Source of the DNA: Eledone cirrhosa
Taxonomy: Eukaryota
NCBI GenBank assembly: GCA_964016885.1
Contig: OZ024741.1
Span: 99,262,001-99,326,000, forward strand
Direction of reading: 5' to 3'
Length of the DNA stretch: 64,000 bases
Below the pieces are notes generated by a model that was not told where the DNA came from, searched no databases, and saw only the letters and a list, made by a program, of their open reading frames with translations. The translations under genes were made by a program, and so were the position numbers. How positions within the stretch are numbered: the first letter of the stretch is position 1; each line of letters opens with the position of its first letter. Shown here piece by piece: positions 1 through 11,874 of the stretch.

Positions 1-144
1 ACCATCCAGTCAGACATCCAGCAGGTTAACAGTCCAGCCTGCCAGTAAACCTCCAGCTAACCCAACCATCCACCCCAGCACACTAGGCATGCAACCAGCC
101 AGTCAAGCGATCAGGCAATCAGAGAAATCAGTTAGACGGGATGT

Positions 145-245
145 CAGACAGGCAGTCATGCAGACATGCAGTCGTGCAGACTGGCAGTCATGCAGACAGT
201 CAGTCGTGCAGACAGGCAGTCATGCAGACAAGCAGTCATGCATAA
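145..245. repeat. 16-bp minisatellite (cagacaggcagtcatg)n, about 6 degenerate copies
   Basis: Repeated CAGTC(A/G)TGCAGAC units read directly. Confidence 0.8.
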
Positions 246-348
246 CCTGGTAAATAGAAGGAACAACTGTTTCGTTTATTTACTCAAATAAGAAAGAAAG
301 AATTAACGAAAATAAGAAGGAAAAGGCTGAATCTATACCTTTTTCTAG

Positions 349-497
349 GCGGTATATCTCAGCTGCAGCCCGCGAACAAGATGACGAAAATACCGCCACA
401 AAATACTGCCGGCGACACGCACTGCATCAGCCACTCCACCTCCCGGAGTTCCTTCTTCAGGCAGGATGCACTCCTACCAATTTTGCGGAGGAAAACG
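349..497 (+). other. Possible isolated exon (GC-rich unique sequence)
   Basis: ctttttctag acceptor-like site, two open frames, GTAGTT donor-like site; no recognisable protein family. Confidence 0.2.
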
Positions 498-1539
498 GTA
501 GTTAGGGAACAGAGGACACCGGAGGTTTAATTGTAAACAAGAGAAAATGAAAACTCTCACACACACACACAACCGTTTGTGTGGTTACATATATTCATGC
601 ATATATTCTTTTGTTCTTTTATCCTTTTACTGGTTTTAGACATTAGACTATTTTCAAGTCTGGTACTTATATTATCGATCGCTTTTTGTCGAACCACTAG
701 ATCACGGGACATAAACACAGTCATATACAAATGAAAACACAGATATGGAGACACACATGTGCACACATTAGTGTTGCATCGATTAATAGGCGGGTAATCG
801 GTATCGGCCATATCCGCCATTTTGCCGATTAATTGGTTTTGAAAATCGACCATTATTGTTTTCATACTACAAAGCCACGGGGGGGGGGGGGGCAGAGAAA
901 TTAGAAAAATGCATTGGATTCAACAAGTAGAAAAATATAAGAAATATATTATTTCCTCCGTCACACAGTCTAAGCCCACCAGTGCAGCATAAATATTTCT
1001 AGTCCTCGAACAACTGAGAAGGGCGAAACTTCTTGCAAGTTAAAGGGAGTCGAAGTAGAAGATAGACCCTGCTACCGCCCAGCGCACCCCTCATATGTTT
1101 TTAATTCACATTTTAAAACGAATTAATTTATATATTATAAAGATTCCGATTACGTTTATTTAATGGCATTTAACATGTTTTCCTGTAATAATTATTCCTG
1201 TTATCTTGACATACTCAAACAAAAGTATACCTTAATGATCAGTTTTAAGAACTGATAAGTTATGGTGTAAAATCATCAACATTTCTCCAGTTTTAGGGGA
1301 CAGCCGATTCCTTGCTTGCCCTTATATTTTACCTTCTAGGCTAAAATTTGCATAATTTTGTTACAATGTACTGTCAAGTAGTAGATCCATAATTGGAAAT
1401 AATTATATATTTTTATATATTATTTACAATGAATTATAATATACATTTTTATATCACAATACGTAATTACATTTTAGATAATCGGTTCATTCCTAATACA
1501 TTTATACACACATACGCAACACACACATATTTATATATG

Positions 1540-1702
1540 TTTAAATCAGGGTATTCCGATCTCTGTCAAACTCCACGGACAAGGCATTGATGAATCCAAA
1601 GCTATAGTATAAGATACTTGCTTAAGATGCCGTGAAGAGGGATTAAACTCAGAACCGCATGGTTGCGAAGCGTATCCCTTAAGAACAAAGGCATACCAGT
1701 GC
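1540..1702 (-). mobile_element. Degenerate tRNA-derived SINE (second family)
   Basis: Minus strand has a B-box-like GGTTCTGAGTTTAATCC followed by GCAAGTATCTT..ACTATAGC; related to 16540-16870. Confidence 0.5.
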
Positions 1703-1717
1703 CCATACACACACACG

Positions 1718-1795
<78 letters not shown>

Positions 1796-1804
1796 AATAT
1801 AGAT

Positions 1805-1857
1805 GAGATTCTACAGGACTAGAACTGTTTCATTCTTTAGAAATCATCAGGAATCTC
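1805..1857 (-). ncRNA. Type I hammerhead ribozyme
   Basis: Minus strand reads GAGATTC-CTGATGA-tTTCTaaAGAAt-GAAA-CAG-ttctagtc-CTG-TA-GAATCTC: 7-bp stem I (extendable), intact core, stem III, GUA cleavage triplet. Confidence 0.85.
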
Positions 1858-1972
1858 TATATTAAAACTTTTATACTCTGCAATGTATTGAGTACCTCAC
1901 TTACTGTGGTTACCTCCGATTCAACCCGGAATAACGTATATATATATATATATATATATGCATGTATATATA

Positions 1973-2041
1973 CAGGGTGTCCCCAATACGCAATTTATTA
2001 GTATGTTATTGACGTGTGCATACATGTTTTGGGACACCCTC
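1973..2041. mobile_element. Tiny Tc1/mariner-type MITE
   Basis: TIRs CAGGGTGTCCC...GGGACACCCT(C), flanked by TA. Confidence 0.6.
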
Positions 2042-2297
2042 TATATATATATATATATATTTAAGTATGTATGTGTTACAATGCTATAGGTATACAAAGC
2101 ATCTTGTGGTAGTGTGTTTTCCTAAATCTATTTGTCTATATATATAATAGTATTAATGAGAATAAATTGTACTCATTTACTAGGCGCTTTTTAGCTCAAT
2201 GCAATGCTAGGATCATACAGAGCTGTTATATAGAAACAATTGTCAGTTATTAAATGCCTTCAATTCTTCAATTCTTTGGTTTGTAAACAATCTGTAA

Positions 2298-2379
<82 letters not shown>

Positions 2380-2402
2380 GTATGTGTGTGTGTGTATATA
2401 TA

Positions 2403-2476
<74 letters not shown>

Positions 2477-2499
2477 TATATATTCATATACATACATAT

Positions 2500-2590
2500 C
2501 GAGGGCGGTGCCCTAGCATGGCCTCAGTTGGATGGTTGGAACAGGTAAAAGAGAAAAAGAGTCTATATATATATATATGTAGTTAAATCT
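2500..2590 (+). mobile_element. Short retro-element 3' end, duplicated at 23122-23206
   Basis: GGGCGG(T/C)GCCC(T/C)AGCATG...GGAACAGGTAAAAGAG plus shared downstream flank at both sites. Confidence 0.55.
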
Positions 2591-2603
2591 CTCTCTCTCT
2601 CTG

Positions 2604-2678
<75 letters not shown>

Positions 2679-3085
2679 CTCTCCCTCTCTCTCTCTCTCT
2701 CTCTCATCTCTCTCTCCCTCCCCCTCTCTATCTCAATCAATCCATATATACCTCTCACTTCAACCGCACCTATGTAAACTGTATAATGCTGAATATAGAG
2801 TCAGTCTGTTCCACTTTACTTCCTGTCACTTATATCCGCTAGGATTAACAAATAAATGTCACCAAACAGGTTTCTGCTATCTCCAAGGAAAAATACGTGA
2901 CTTTAATGAAAATAGATTCACTTTTACGCCAAGAACAAGGTATGTTCGTTCACGAAAAAATGTCTGCTTTTGCGATGTCAAATCCAAATTTGGTGACAGT
3001 CGATATAGGTGTGTATGTTCATATGCCCATATGTATGCACGCATGATGGCAGGATCCAAAAAGGTATGAATACGAGTATATATAA

Positions 3086-3242
<157 letters not shown>

Positions 3243-3391
3243 CGCGCGCGTTTAAGACCACTTTTTCCATCCACTCAAGTATTTTACCCGATTTTCTAAG
3301 CTAATATATATATATAACATCTCTGTCTGTTAATATTGTCTAGGGTACTGTGTTGTTCACTTTCTAACTAAATATATATATATATATATTA

Positions 3392-3420
<29 letters not shown>

Positions 3421-3422
<2 letters not shown>

Positions 3423-4067
3423 AATGAAATAGAATGAAACGAAATTTCATTTCTCACTCTTAGTACGGCACTTACAAACAAACAAACCGAGCATTATAAT
3501 AAATGTTCGGTAAACCGATACGTGCATATATATATGTGTGCATGTATGTATATATATACATACTACTGTATGTCTGTATACATATATGTATGTACGTATA
3601 CATACATACATACTTACATTTAAGTAAGTGCCGTATTAAGAGTGAGAAATGAAATTTCGTTTCATTCTATTCCATTTATCGTTTTCGGTGCGCCCGGCCG
3701 ACTGAACTCACTCGATATGCAAATTAGGCTGCTCAGCCGTTAATATGCATAAGGAAAGTATATACTTTCAGACGTTCAACCATCTGGCAGGAAGGTATAC
3801 GAAGCTGACGATAGCTAATAAGCTTGAAACTAGTACATCGTTCCTGTGTCAGTGTTGAACAAAACAGTGACGTGGTTGCCTAAACACTGTACGGCGTAAT
3901 TCGGGCTGTTTGTTTGTTTACAAACAAACAAACCCAGCATTATAATAAATGTTCGGTAAACCGATACGTCCATATGTATATATCTGTGCATGTATGTATA
4001 TATATACATACTACTGTACGTCTGTATACACATATGTATGTACGTATACATACATACATACTTACAT
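3421..4067 (+). mobile_element. Penelope-like (PLE) non-autonomous fragment with inverted plus partial-tandem architecture
   Basis: 3421-3475 is the reverse complement of 3624-3678; 3474-3620 is repeated at 3920-4067; contains a hammerhead at 3800-3840. Confidence 0.65.
3800..3840 (+). ncRNA. Minimal type I hammerhead ribozyme
   Basis: CGAAG-CTGACGA-tAGCTaataAGCTt-GAAA-CTAG-TA-CATCG; palindromic ACTAGT stem III, GUA triplet, one stem I mismatch. Confidence 0.8.
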
Positions 4068-4242
4068 ATATATATATATATACACATAAATACATAAACG
4101 GAGAAAGCTATTAGCGATACTCCGACCAATTTCCAACTCACTCAACAAACAGGAAATACCGGAGTATATTCCCAATTAAACATTTCGGGTGCTAACTATA
4201 TTGTATTGTGTGGATAATCGGCTGTATTATTTTATACGAGAT

Positions 4243-4430
4243 AGGGCGGTGGATTGGCAGTATCGGTAGAGGGTCGGACGCCATGCTTTCCAGCATAGTT
4301 ACGTCCCTTTACGATCTGAGTTCAAATCCCGCCGAGGTTGACTTTGCCTTTCATCCTTACGGGGTCGATAAAATAAAGTACCAGTAATGAACTGGGTAAT
4401 TGCTGGCCTTGTGCCTAAAGTAGAAACAAT
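4243..4430 (+). mobile_element. tRNA-derived SINE (major family, Meta/Sauria-like core)
   Basis: A-box-like TGGCAGTATCGG, B-box GAGTTCAAATCC, core GCCTTTCATCCTTACGGGGTCGATAAAATAAAGTACCAG, TSD-like tatttta..gagata on both sides. Confidence 0.85.
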
Positions 4431-5108
4431 TATTTTACATGAGATATATTAAAATCTCATTCCCCATACGATCGTTTCATTATAAGATTTCTACATGGTG
4501 GGTGAAATTTTACCAAGTTATGTAGAAGCTTGCATAAGATCAATGGATTCCCATGCAAGTGGGCGCTTATAAATATTCAGTGTGTACCCAATAATATCAA
4601 TATTAATAACTAAATCAACTTTAATATTTAGCGATAATCTCCATCAGTGCTAGAAAGAGCTGCCTAGGTTGTATGTCCAGCAGTTCTAAGGAAAATCTCA
4701 CACTGTCCCCAAATGGGAGGGGGAGGTCATTGTGAAAAATAAAATAATATACACGCAAGTCAATGAACCCTGTCAAGAATTCAAATCTCGTACGAAGAAC
4801 TCAATTGGATATGAAAAAATAAATATATGTGTGCACTGTTTTAAGGACACATATAGGTATTTTCTCAGGCAAAATAACAGATATGAGATACAAGAACAAA
4901 CAATCAATATTCATATAAAAAAAAAATAAAGAGAGTCATACCTTATATCGGGAAAATTCATGTCTGGCGATCCAAGAGTATAATACATAAATACATAAAC
5001 GGAGAAAGCTATATATATGTATGTAAAAGGTAAACAGAAATAACAACACAATCGGTACAGTATATGGAAGGGATATATTAGGTTAACGCTTGATATAGCA
5101 GAATGAGG

Positions 5109-5145
5109 GTTTTAACGTTTCAGACACTAGTCCTTCATCAGAAGA
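5109..5145 (-). ncRNA. Minimal hammerhead ribozyme (GAAACGTH type) in a PLE-derived repeat spanning 5020-5145
   Basis: Minus strand reads TCTT-CTGATGA-A-GGAC-tagt-GTCT-GAAA-CG-TT-AAAA; homologous element at 63157-63277. Confidence 0.7.
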
Positions 5146-5165
5146 ATATATATATATCTATCTAT

Positions 5166-5704
5166 CTAGGGCGGGCAACATTCCCGAGATCCATGGACGA
5201 GTCCTCTCCAGCGGTCTCTGTCCCTCATTATCGCTGCCATGTTCTGCATCTCCAACAGACCAGTGTCTGTCCTTAGGGCATCAACATACGTTAACCTTGG
5301 TCTTCCTCTTCCAGTGTGTCCATGCAGGGACACCCACAGGAGCACTGAGTGCAGTGTCAACTCTGGATGTAGGTGAACATGTCCAGCTAACCTCAGTCTC
5401 CTCTGTGTCACTTTTGAGCTGACTTTTAGGAGGCTCTCGTACAGCTCTGTGTTTTTCATCCTCAGTGTATACTGATTAATGTTCAGAGCCATCCTCAGCA
5501 TTCTCGTGTAGCACCCATCCACCATCTGAGTGAGTTTCTTGGTCAGTGTCCAAGTCTCAGACCCGTACAACAGCACAGACTCCACTACAGCAATGAAGAG
5601 GCGGATCTTGAAGTCTTCACGAAGGTCCGACTTCCACACCGATCTCAAACTGTGGCACGCCGCCCAGGCTTTGCTTTTCCTCTCAACCACATCATCTTCC
5701 GTAT
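5166..5704 (-). mobile_element. 5'-truncated RTE-clade LINE (RT C-terminus)
   Basis: ORF with VESVLLYGSETWTL, RRLRLAGHV, GRGRPRLTYVD; ends at its stop followed by (ATAG)n; same family as 48470-49893 and 56578-57158. Confidence 0.85.
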
Positions 5705-5709
5705 ATATA

Positions 5710-6042
5710 TAGCCATCGACTGTTTACAGCTATTTTCTACATTCGAGATACCTATATTTTCTATGAATTGCATAACTACTCAGCGCTCGATAGTTTTAAA
5801 CATTCACAAGCTATTCTATTATCTATCTAATTTAGACGCCCGTTGTTCTCAGAGGGCCCTTAGCTCAATATTTTGAGAACTCGGCCAGAAATGAGAGATA
5901 CGGTGTTCCATTCTTCGTAGAGTCTACTGTCCACGTTTTGAGTCCATAGGGTTATTTTACCAGATTTTCTAAGCTATTATTTATAGCATTCGACTGTTCA
6001 TAGTTATTTTCTACATCTAAGATTCCTATATTTTCTATGAAT
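5710..6042. repeat. Partial tandem duplication (about 60 bp unit, about 275 bp apart)
   Basis: tagc..tcgactgtt.a.ag.tattttctacat...agat.cctatattttctatgaat at about 5710 and 5984. Confidence 0.6.
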
Positions 6043-6178
6043 ATATATATATAGAGAGAGAAAGACAGAAAAAGATAGGTAGATAGGCTGATTTATTATT
6101 TTTTTATTGACCGAAATCACACGTATACCTATGTCTAAATAAATACATATTCATACACACATACATACATACATAATG

Positions 6179-6406
6179 ATGGCTGCCCCATCGTTATCGA
6201 GTATGACCATTGCACGATATACCATTATTAATAATTATCAATTAATTCTATCGTGCAATGCCTGTGCGTGAAAATTTTTTTTAAAGTGAGGAAAAACTGT
6301 GCACTGAGCCAATCCCACTCTCTGAACAACAGTAACTATAACCTGGAAAAAAGAAAAGATCAAGATCATCGCTAACTACTGAGTCGCAAGTTTTATGTCG
6401 GAGTTA
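6179..6406 (+). mobile_element. (CATA)n-inserted structured non-coding element, type A (3'-truncated)
   Basis: ATGGCTGCCCC..CGTTATCGAGTATG head and shared GCAATGCCTGTGC..CCAATCCCACTCTCT core. Confidence 0.75.
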
Positions 6407-6419
6407 CATACATACATAC

Positions 6420-6892
6420 ATCATCTGTCCCGTAGTCTGGTGGACAGCACAGATGACCTGGCAACCAGCTCCTTCCATTCCTCTCGTCTCTCCGCCCTCC
6501 TCATGGTTACGCCCAGCCTCATGTCGTCCTTCTATCTCTTTCTCTGTCTGCGTCTCTTCCTTCCTCCTTGTATTGGTCTCTGCAGGACAGTCTTAGCAAG
6601 CCCTGCAGATCTTGTCACGTGCCCGTACCATCTCAATTTGCGTTTTTTTTTTTTTTACAATGGACAGCAGGTCTTCGTAGGGCTTGATGGCTTGCCAAAT
6701 TCTGTTTCTCACCTCCTCATTGGAGATGCGGTCTCTCTAGCTGATGCAAAGGATCATTCTGAAGCACCTCGTCTCCGTAGTCTGTATTCTTCTTTCCAGA
6801 TCTGCTGTTATAACTGTAAGTCTTACACAATAATTATTGTCCACGACTCACAGGCATGCAAGAATATGAATATGACCAAAGAGTGCGTCAAT
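6420..6892 (-). mobile_element. RTE (BovB-like) LINE 3' fragment
   Basis: Minus strand translates to RKLRWYGHVTRSAGLAKTVLQ..QGGRKRRRQRKR, a typical RTE C-terminus. Confidence 0.7.
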
Positions 6893-6983
6893 CATACATA
6901 CATACATATACATACATACATACATACATACATACATACATACATACATACATACATACATACATACATACATACATGCACAC

Positions 6984-7335
6984 ATAGTGGCTGCCAACTC
7001 GTTTTCGAGTACGGCCACTACTTTATATCCATGTAGGAGAACCCCTACCGACGCGCTGAACGAGTGTGACTTTTTAGTCCAGCCAGCGACTTGAAAACTC
7101 TGGTACAAACACTACACTTGTGACAATTATTAACCCATAGTGCTGGGCCCTTGGTACCATGTGACGACAAGTGCGGAGAGATCTCCAGATATAAAGCAAT
7201 GCCTGTGCCGTGAAGCTTTTATAGTGAGCAAAGGCACTGCACAAAGCCAGTCCCACTCTCTTAACCAATATGATATTTACCAAAAAGAAGAACAAGTCAA
7301 CATCATTGGATACCATCAGGGTTGCAGGTGTTATA
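6984..7335 (+). mobile_element. (CATA)n-inserted structured element, type C
   Basis: GTGGCTGCCAACTCGTTTTCGAGTACGGCCAC head; homologous to 24758-24904 and 45842-46444. Confidence 0.75.
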
Positions 7336-7388
7336 CATACATACATACATACATACATACATACATACATACATACATACATACATAC

Positions 7389-7880
7389 ATCAAAGATTAG
7401 TGAAAAGGAGAATATTTATGCAGAACTGATGAGAAATCTGCAGATACTCCACTCTGATTACACCTTCTGATTTATGCCTGTGATTATTGTGGTACTGGGA
7501 TATGTTAGTAACTGCCTCAATACAAATCTTGAGAAGCTGGGCTTCACAGGAACAGAAAGAACACAACTAGTTAGGAAACTACAAGTACAATCCATTAATG
7601 GAACAGTAAAAATATGTAAAACATTCCAAAAATGTTGCATCTAATAACTGCATATACACATGTACAGATACAAAGCATATACACATGTACACATACAACT
7701 CAAAACATACACATCCACACATACAATAACATCCATATCTACACATGCATGCATGCATGCATACATACATATCTACCTAGTTGATGTTGTGTAAATTCCA
7801 ATGAGAGAGTCTTGTGTCTATGTTAGAAACTGACTCTCTCTCTATTGGTAAAACTTTGTGAAATTATAAAACCAGAAGAA
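7389..7880 (+). mobile_element. R4/Dong-like LINE 3' end (RLE C-terminus and 3'UTR)
   Basis: Near-identical to 41213-41696; ends CCAGAAGAA|CATACATA. Confidence 0.85.
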
Positions 7881-8360
7881 CATACATACATACATACATA
7901 TATATATATACATACATATATATATATAAAGAGAGAGGGGGGAGAGACGGATACATGAATGGAAAGAGGAATATGTGGATGGATTTGATGAAAATCCCCA
8001 AAACATCAAATGGGTTTTCATAATTTCAACATAATTAAAGAAAAGATGATCTTTCTTTTGTGCATTTATACTTATATAGTCAATACAATTATCTGAATGA
8101 GCTACTGTGTATATGTTTATGTTTGCATTTGTATATATTTTATATATTAAAATAAACGTGTCTCATTATATGAATGTTTGTATTTAAACATACGGTTTAA
8201 GTATGTATATATAATCTTTGAATGAATGAACAGTGTGTATGGGTGTGTTTCAACACAGATATTTTAACGTGTAAGTGTGTATTGGAATATACTTATTTGA
8301 CTGTGAATATGTATTGAAATACACTGCTTCCAGTGTTAGTATTCAAACATCACTATATTC

Positions 8361-8433
<73 letters not shown>

Positions 8434-8812
8434 TATATATATAGATATATATGATACACTTAATACTTGTGTGTGTGAATGTATGTGTGTGTGTGTGTGT
8501 GTGTGCATGTGTGAGTGTAAGTGGTTTCATGAGTGTGTGTGTGTGTGTATTTGTGTATGGGGGCATGTATGTGTGTCTTCCGAGAAACGAATATGTGAAT
8601 ATATCCTTCAAACCAAAAGCATATTACTTTTTCACTTTTGGTACCGAATGTACCCTAACTGAAGCACTTGTTACATTAAATTCATTGATAGTTTGGGGCT
8701 GTGTGCCTTTGTACCTATATGAATAGTTTCGCAAAAATCTGCATCTTACGCAAAAGTAAAAGAAATTACACCTACCCTCATTCACATTGTCTATCTCTGT
8801 CCGGCTAACACA

Positions 8813-8894
<82 letters not shown>

Positions 8895-9189
8895 AATGCA
8901 GGTGTGTGTGTGTGTGTGTGTGGAATGCAGTTGATGTACAGTTAATTATCGTGTAATTGACCACTGCACACGAAAGAACCGTGTGTGTATTTCAAACAGT
9001 TAAGAATCTGAATCTGAAGGATTAGCAAAGTGGTCTGTGCGGGGTATAGGTGCGGCTAACGATGGAAGGAAAGTTAGTTGAGGCTGGTTTATGTGGTATG
9101 TAATTATCTAGAACTAAGAGGCAGGGGTTGTGATAGTAACGGTAGAAAAAGAAAAGTGAAGATGGGGTGTTTATTTAGATTAGAGGCAA

Positions 9190-9367
9190 GCCTGGATTAA
9201 CCATTAAGCAAAATAAACATATACTTTGAGCATCAAGGGAATAAAGGCACTATTATATTCAAATGCATTTATCATTCAAATAGAATTTTTTTTTTTTACA
9301 GACTTTATATATGGGAGGCACCATAAACTTTTAAGTGCTTAGTACCTCAAAAGTACTTAATCCAGTC
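9190..9367. mobile_element. Possible hAT-type MITE relic
   Basis: Imperfect TIRs GCCTGGATTAA...TTAATCCAGTC. Confidence 0.4.
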
Positions 9368-10129
9368 AAGGATAATGTTTGAAGTGGTCTGATGAATGTC
9401 TTCTTGCCGACTACTCGATGTCTGTATCGGAAACACCGCCACAGATGTGGGAACAGTAGTCAATTGTGGATCTCATTTGAACTTTGTAGGGAGTTAACAT
9501 TTGGTAAGAGCTGAAGTATGAGTTTTTTTCCATGAAGCAATGGCCAGACATAGGAACGCATATTTTTGCCATGTTATAAATTTGGTTTAGCCAGGAAGAT
9601 TATGTTATGAGTCTTAACATTAACTGCAACTTTAATAGTTTTGATTGCATGTTGCCTATAACTAGAAGCCGGAATGCAATGAACAGAAGAGTGTGTTTAA
9701 CCTAGTAGTAAGAGTAGCATACGCTACGAATCTCGCATTTTCAAAAGCCCTGCTTTTATGTATTATACGGCCTTCAACTTTAGAAATGACTATGGCGATA
9801 AAATTTGATCGAATATTCCGAATATTTCCGAAATCCAGTACATCAAAATTAAACAAATTACAGTAATCATTTTGATTACGTTTGGCAACGTTCAATAGGC
9901 AGGTTTCATTTTTGTCAGATGCTAATTAATAGGCTTGCTATTTTCCATTGCTTTGTTTTAATGCATTAAACTCGTCATACACTAAGTGAGCTTAATTATT
10001 AATCATAATGAATTTAGTTAGAGCGCATCATTAAATCAAATCGGGATTTTAAAGCAGGTAAGATACATTTTATTGTGTTCAGTTTCTACTTTAACCTTAT
10101 ACTATCATGCCAAACTGCAACACAAATGA

Positions 10130-10340
10130 TGGTTTCTGATTTAGGCACAAGGCCAACATTTTTGGGAGAGGGGAAAGTCAATTAAATCGACTCCAATGCG
10201 TTACTGGTACTATGTTTTATCGACCCCGTAAGGATGAAAGGCAAACCTAACCTCGGCGGGATATGAAATCAAAACGTATAGGAACTTAACTATATGCCGC
10301 AAAGCCTGTTGTTCGACGAGATGCCAATCTACCGCCCTAA
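10130..10340 (-). mobile_element. tRNA-derived SINE (major family)
   Basis: GGCACAAGGCC...CTGGTACT...TTTTATCGACCCCGTAAGGATGAAAGGCAAA. Confidence 0.8.
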
Positions 10341-10970
10341 CTATAGCACAAATACAGATTAATAGTTACATTTTAACATAGTTACAGCGTTAGACCACTA
10401 AAAATAATTTGTATTGCTTCTATAATAATCTTAGCTAAATTCACTCCCGATATTTTTTTCGCAATGAAGTGGGGTTCTAGAAATCTTATGATAAACGTTT
10501 CGTTTTCATTTCATAGAAGTTATATAAGAAATACTGTTAGATTTTGTTTTTGTTTTTCTAACATCCATATATAATATAACATTTTCTATCAGTGCTGAAA
10601 ATGATCAATCATTTATGCAAGTTGCTTTTCTTGTCTGAAGTTAATTTCTCTTTTGTGAGCATTATTTATTTTTCTTTTAAAAAAGCGTTTATTTATTACT
10701 ATAACGCAATCATGGAGGGTACTGCAGACAATTTAAGTTTTAACTAATAGTACACTGCTAACTGGTATAATCACCCATTATTAAACACTGTAGTATCCAT
10801 CCAGTCAATTTTTTTTTCTATACATACAGATTATGGATAAAACTGAACCATTGGAAAGAAAGGAACAGGAAATTGGCAGGCAAAGACACAATCGACAAAA
10901 CACATGAAAATAGTTGAAAGAACATAAAAATGGAAAAGACGAAGTGGTGGCAGTTTGAGAATCTTAAGGT

Positions 10971-11200
10971 GAACTAAAGCTATTGAAAAACGGATATATT
11001 GTAATACTATTGCAAAATTTAAATAAGGTTAATGGGCTTTGCAATGAAACAAGAATTGCAATAACCCATTTCTTTCTATAAACGCATGATTGAAGACGAT
11101 GTTGTTAGAGAAGGCGAACATTATGGAAAAGATGTCATTGTAGCAAGAATTAAACTGCGACCTCTGACACCACTCCACCATTTACCATTTTTACAATGTC
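10971..11200 (+). pseudogene. Helitron RepHel Pif1-like helicase relic
   Basis: Translates ELKLLKNGYIVILLQNLNKVNGLCNETRIAIT, then (frameshift) MIEDDVVREGEHYGKDVIVARIKLRP, matching the Pif1/Helitron LLRNL..GLCNGTR...G...GK.V.IPRI.L.P motif. Confidence 0.75.
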
Positions 11201-11281
11201 AAAAAAGTTGCCAATATTGTGCAAGATGAAGTTTTCTAGTGTTAAAACTTTCTTGGTAGGGTGGTATTATTTTAGGTTTCA

Positions 11282-11470
11282 TGGCGGTGAATTGGCAGTA
11301 TCGGTAGAGGGTTGGACTCCATGCTTTCTCGTATAGTTACGTTCCTTTACGGTATGAGTTCAAATCCCGTCGAGGTTAACTTTGCCTTTCATCCTTACGG
11401 AGTCGATAAAATGAAGTACCAGTAATGTACTGGGTATTTGCTGGCCTTGTGCCAAAAGTAGAAACAATTA
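11282..11470 (+). mobile_element. tRNA-derived SINE (major family) with TSD
   Basis: Full head, core and tail; ttattttaggtttc duplicated on both sides. Confidence 0.85.
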
Positions 11471-11507
11471 TTTTAGGTTTCTTGTATATCACAACTGTTT
11501 ACAATTG

Positions 11508-11843
11508 CTAGATGTTTGCTAATTTGGACTCCTTGTTTGGTGCATAAACTTGCACCACCCACAGAGACAAATCTTTCAGCCTAAACTTCAAGAGGCAAAT
11601 CCTTCCTCCTAATGGAATCCAGTCCATAACACATTCTGACAGTCGGGGACTTGTGAGTATCTCGCTTGAGGGTCCAGTCAGATCAGTTGGAGGTGGTTGC
11701 TTTTGATAGGACCCGCTGGAAGGAGTGTTTGAGGACTCTGCCTCCACAACCCTCTCAGGTATAAGTGGGTGAAGAAGAAGAAGAAGAAGAAGAAGAAGAA
11801 GAAGAAGAAGAAGAAGAAGAAGAAGAAGAAGAAGAAGAAGAAG

Positions 11844-11872
<29 letters not shown>
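11508..11872. mobile_element. RTE/Expander-type LINE fragment: inverted APE segment plus forward 3' end with (GAA)n tail
   Basis: Minus: ILTSPRLSECVMDWIPLGGRICLLKFRLK..VVQVYAPN (APE); plus: LEVVAFDRTRWKECLRTLPPQP, then (GAA)n 11771-11872. Confidence 0.65.

Positions 11873-11874
<2 letters not shown>

Noticed and set aside
4243-4335. tRNA genes
   Set aside because: The A/B boxes belong to SINE heads; they continue into the SINE core and do not form complete cloverleaves
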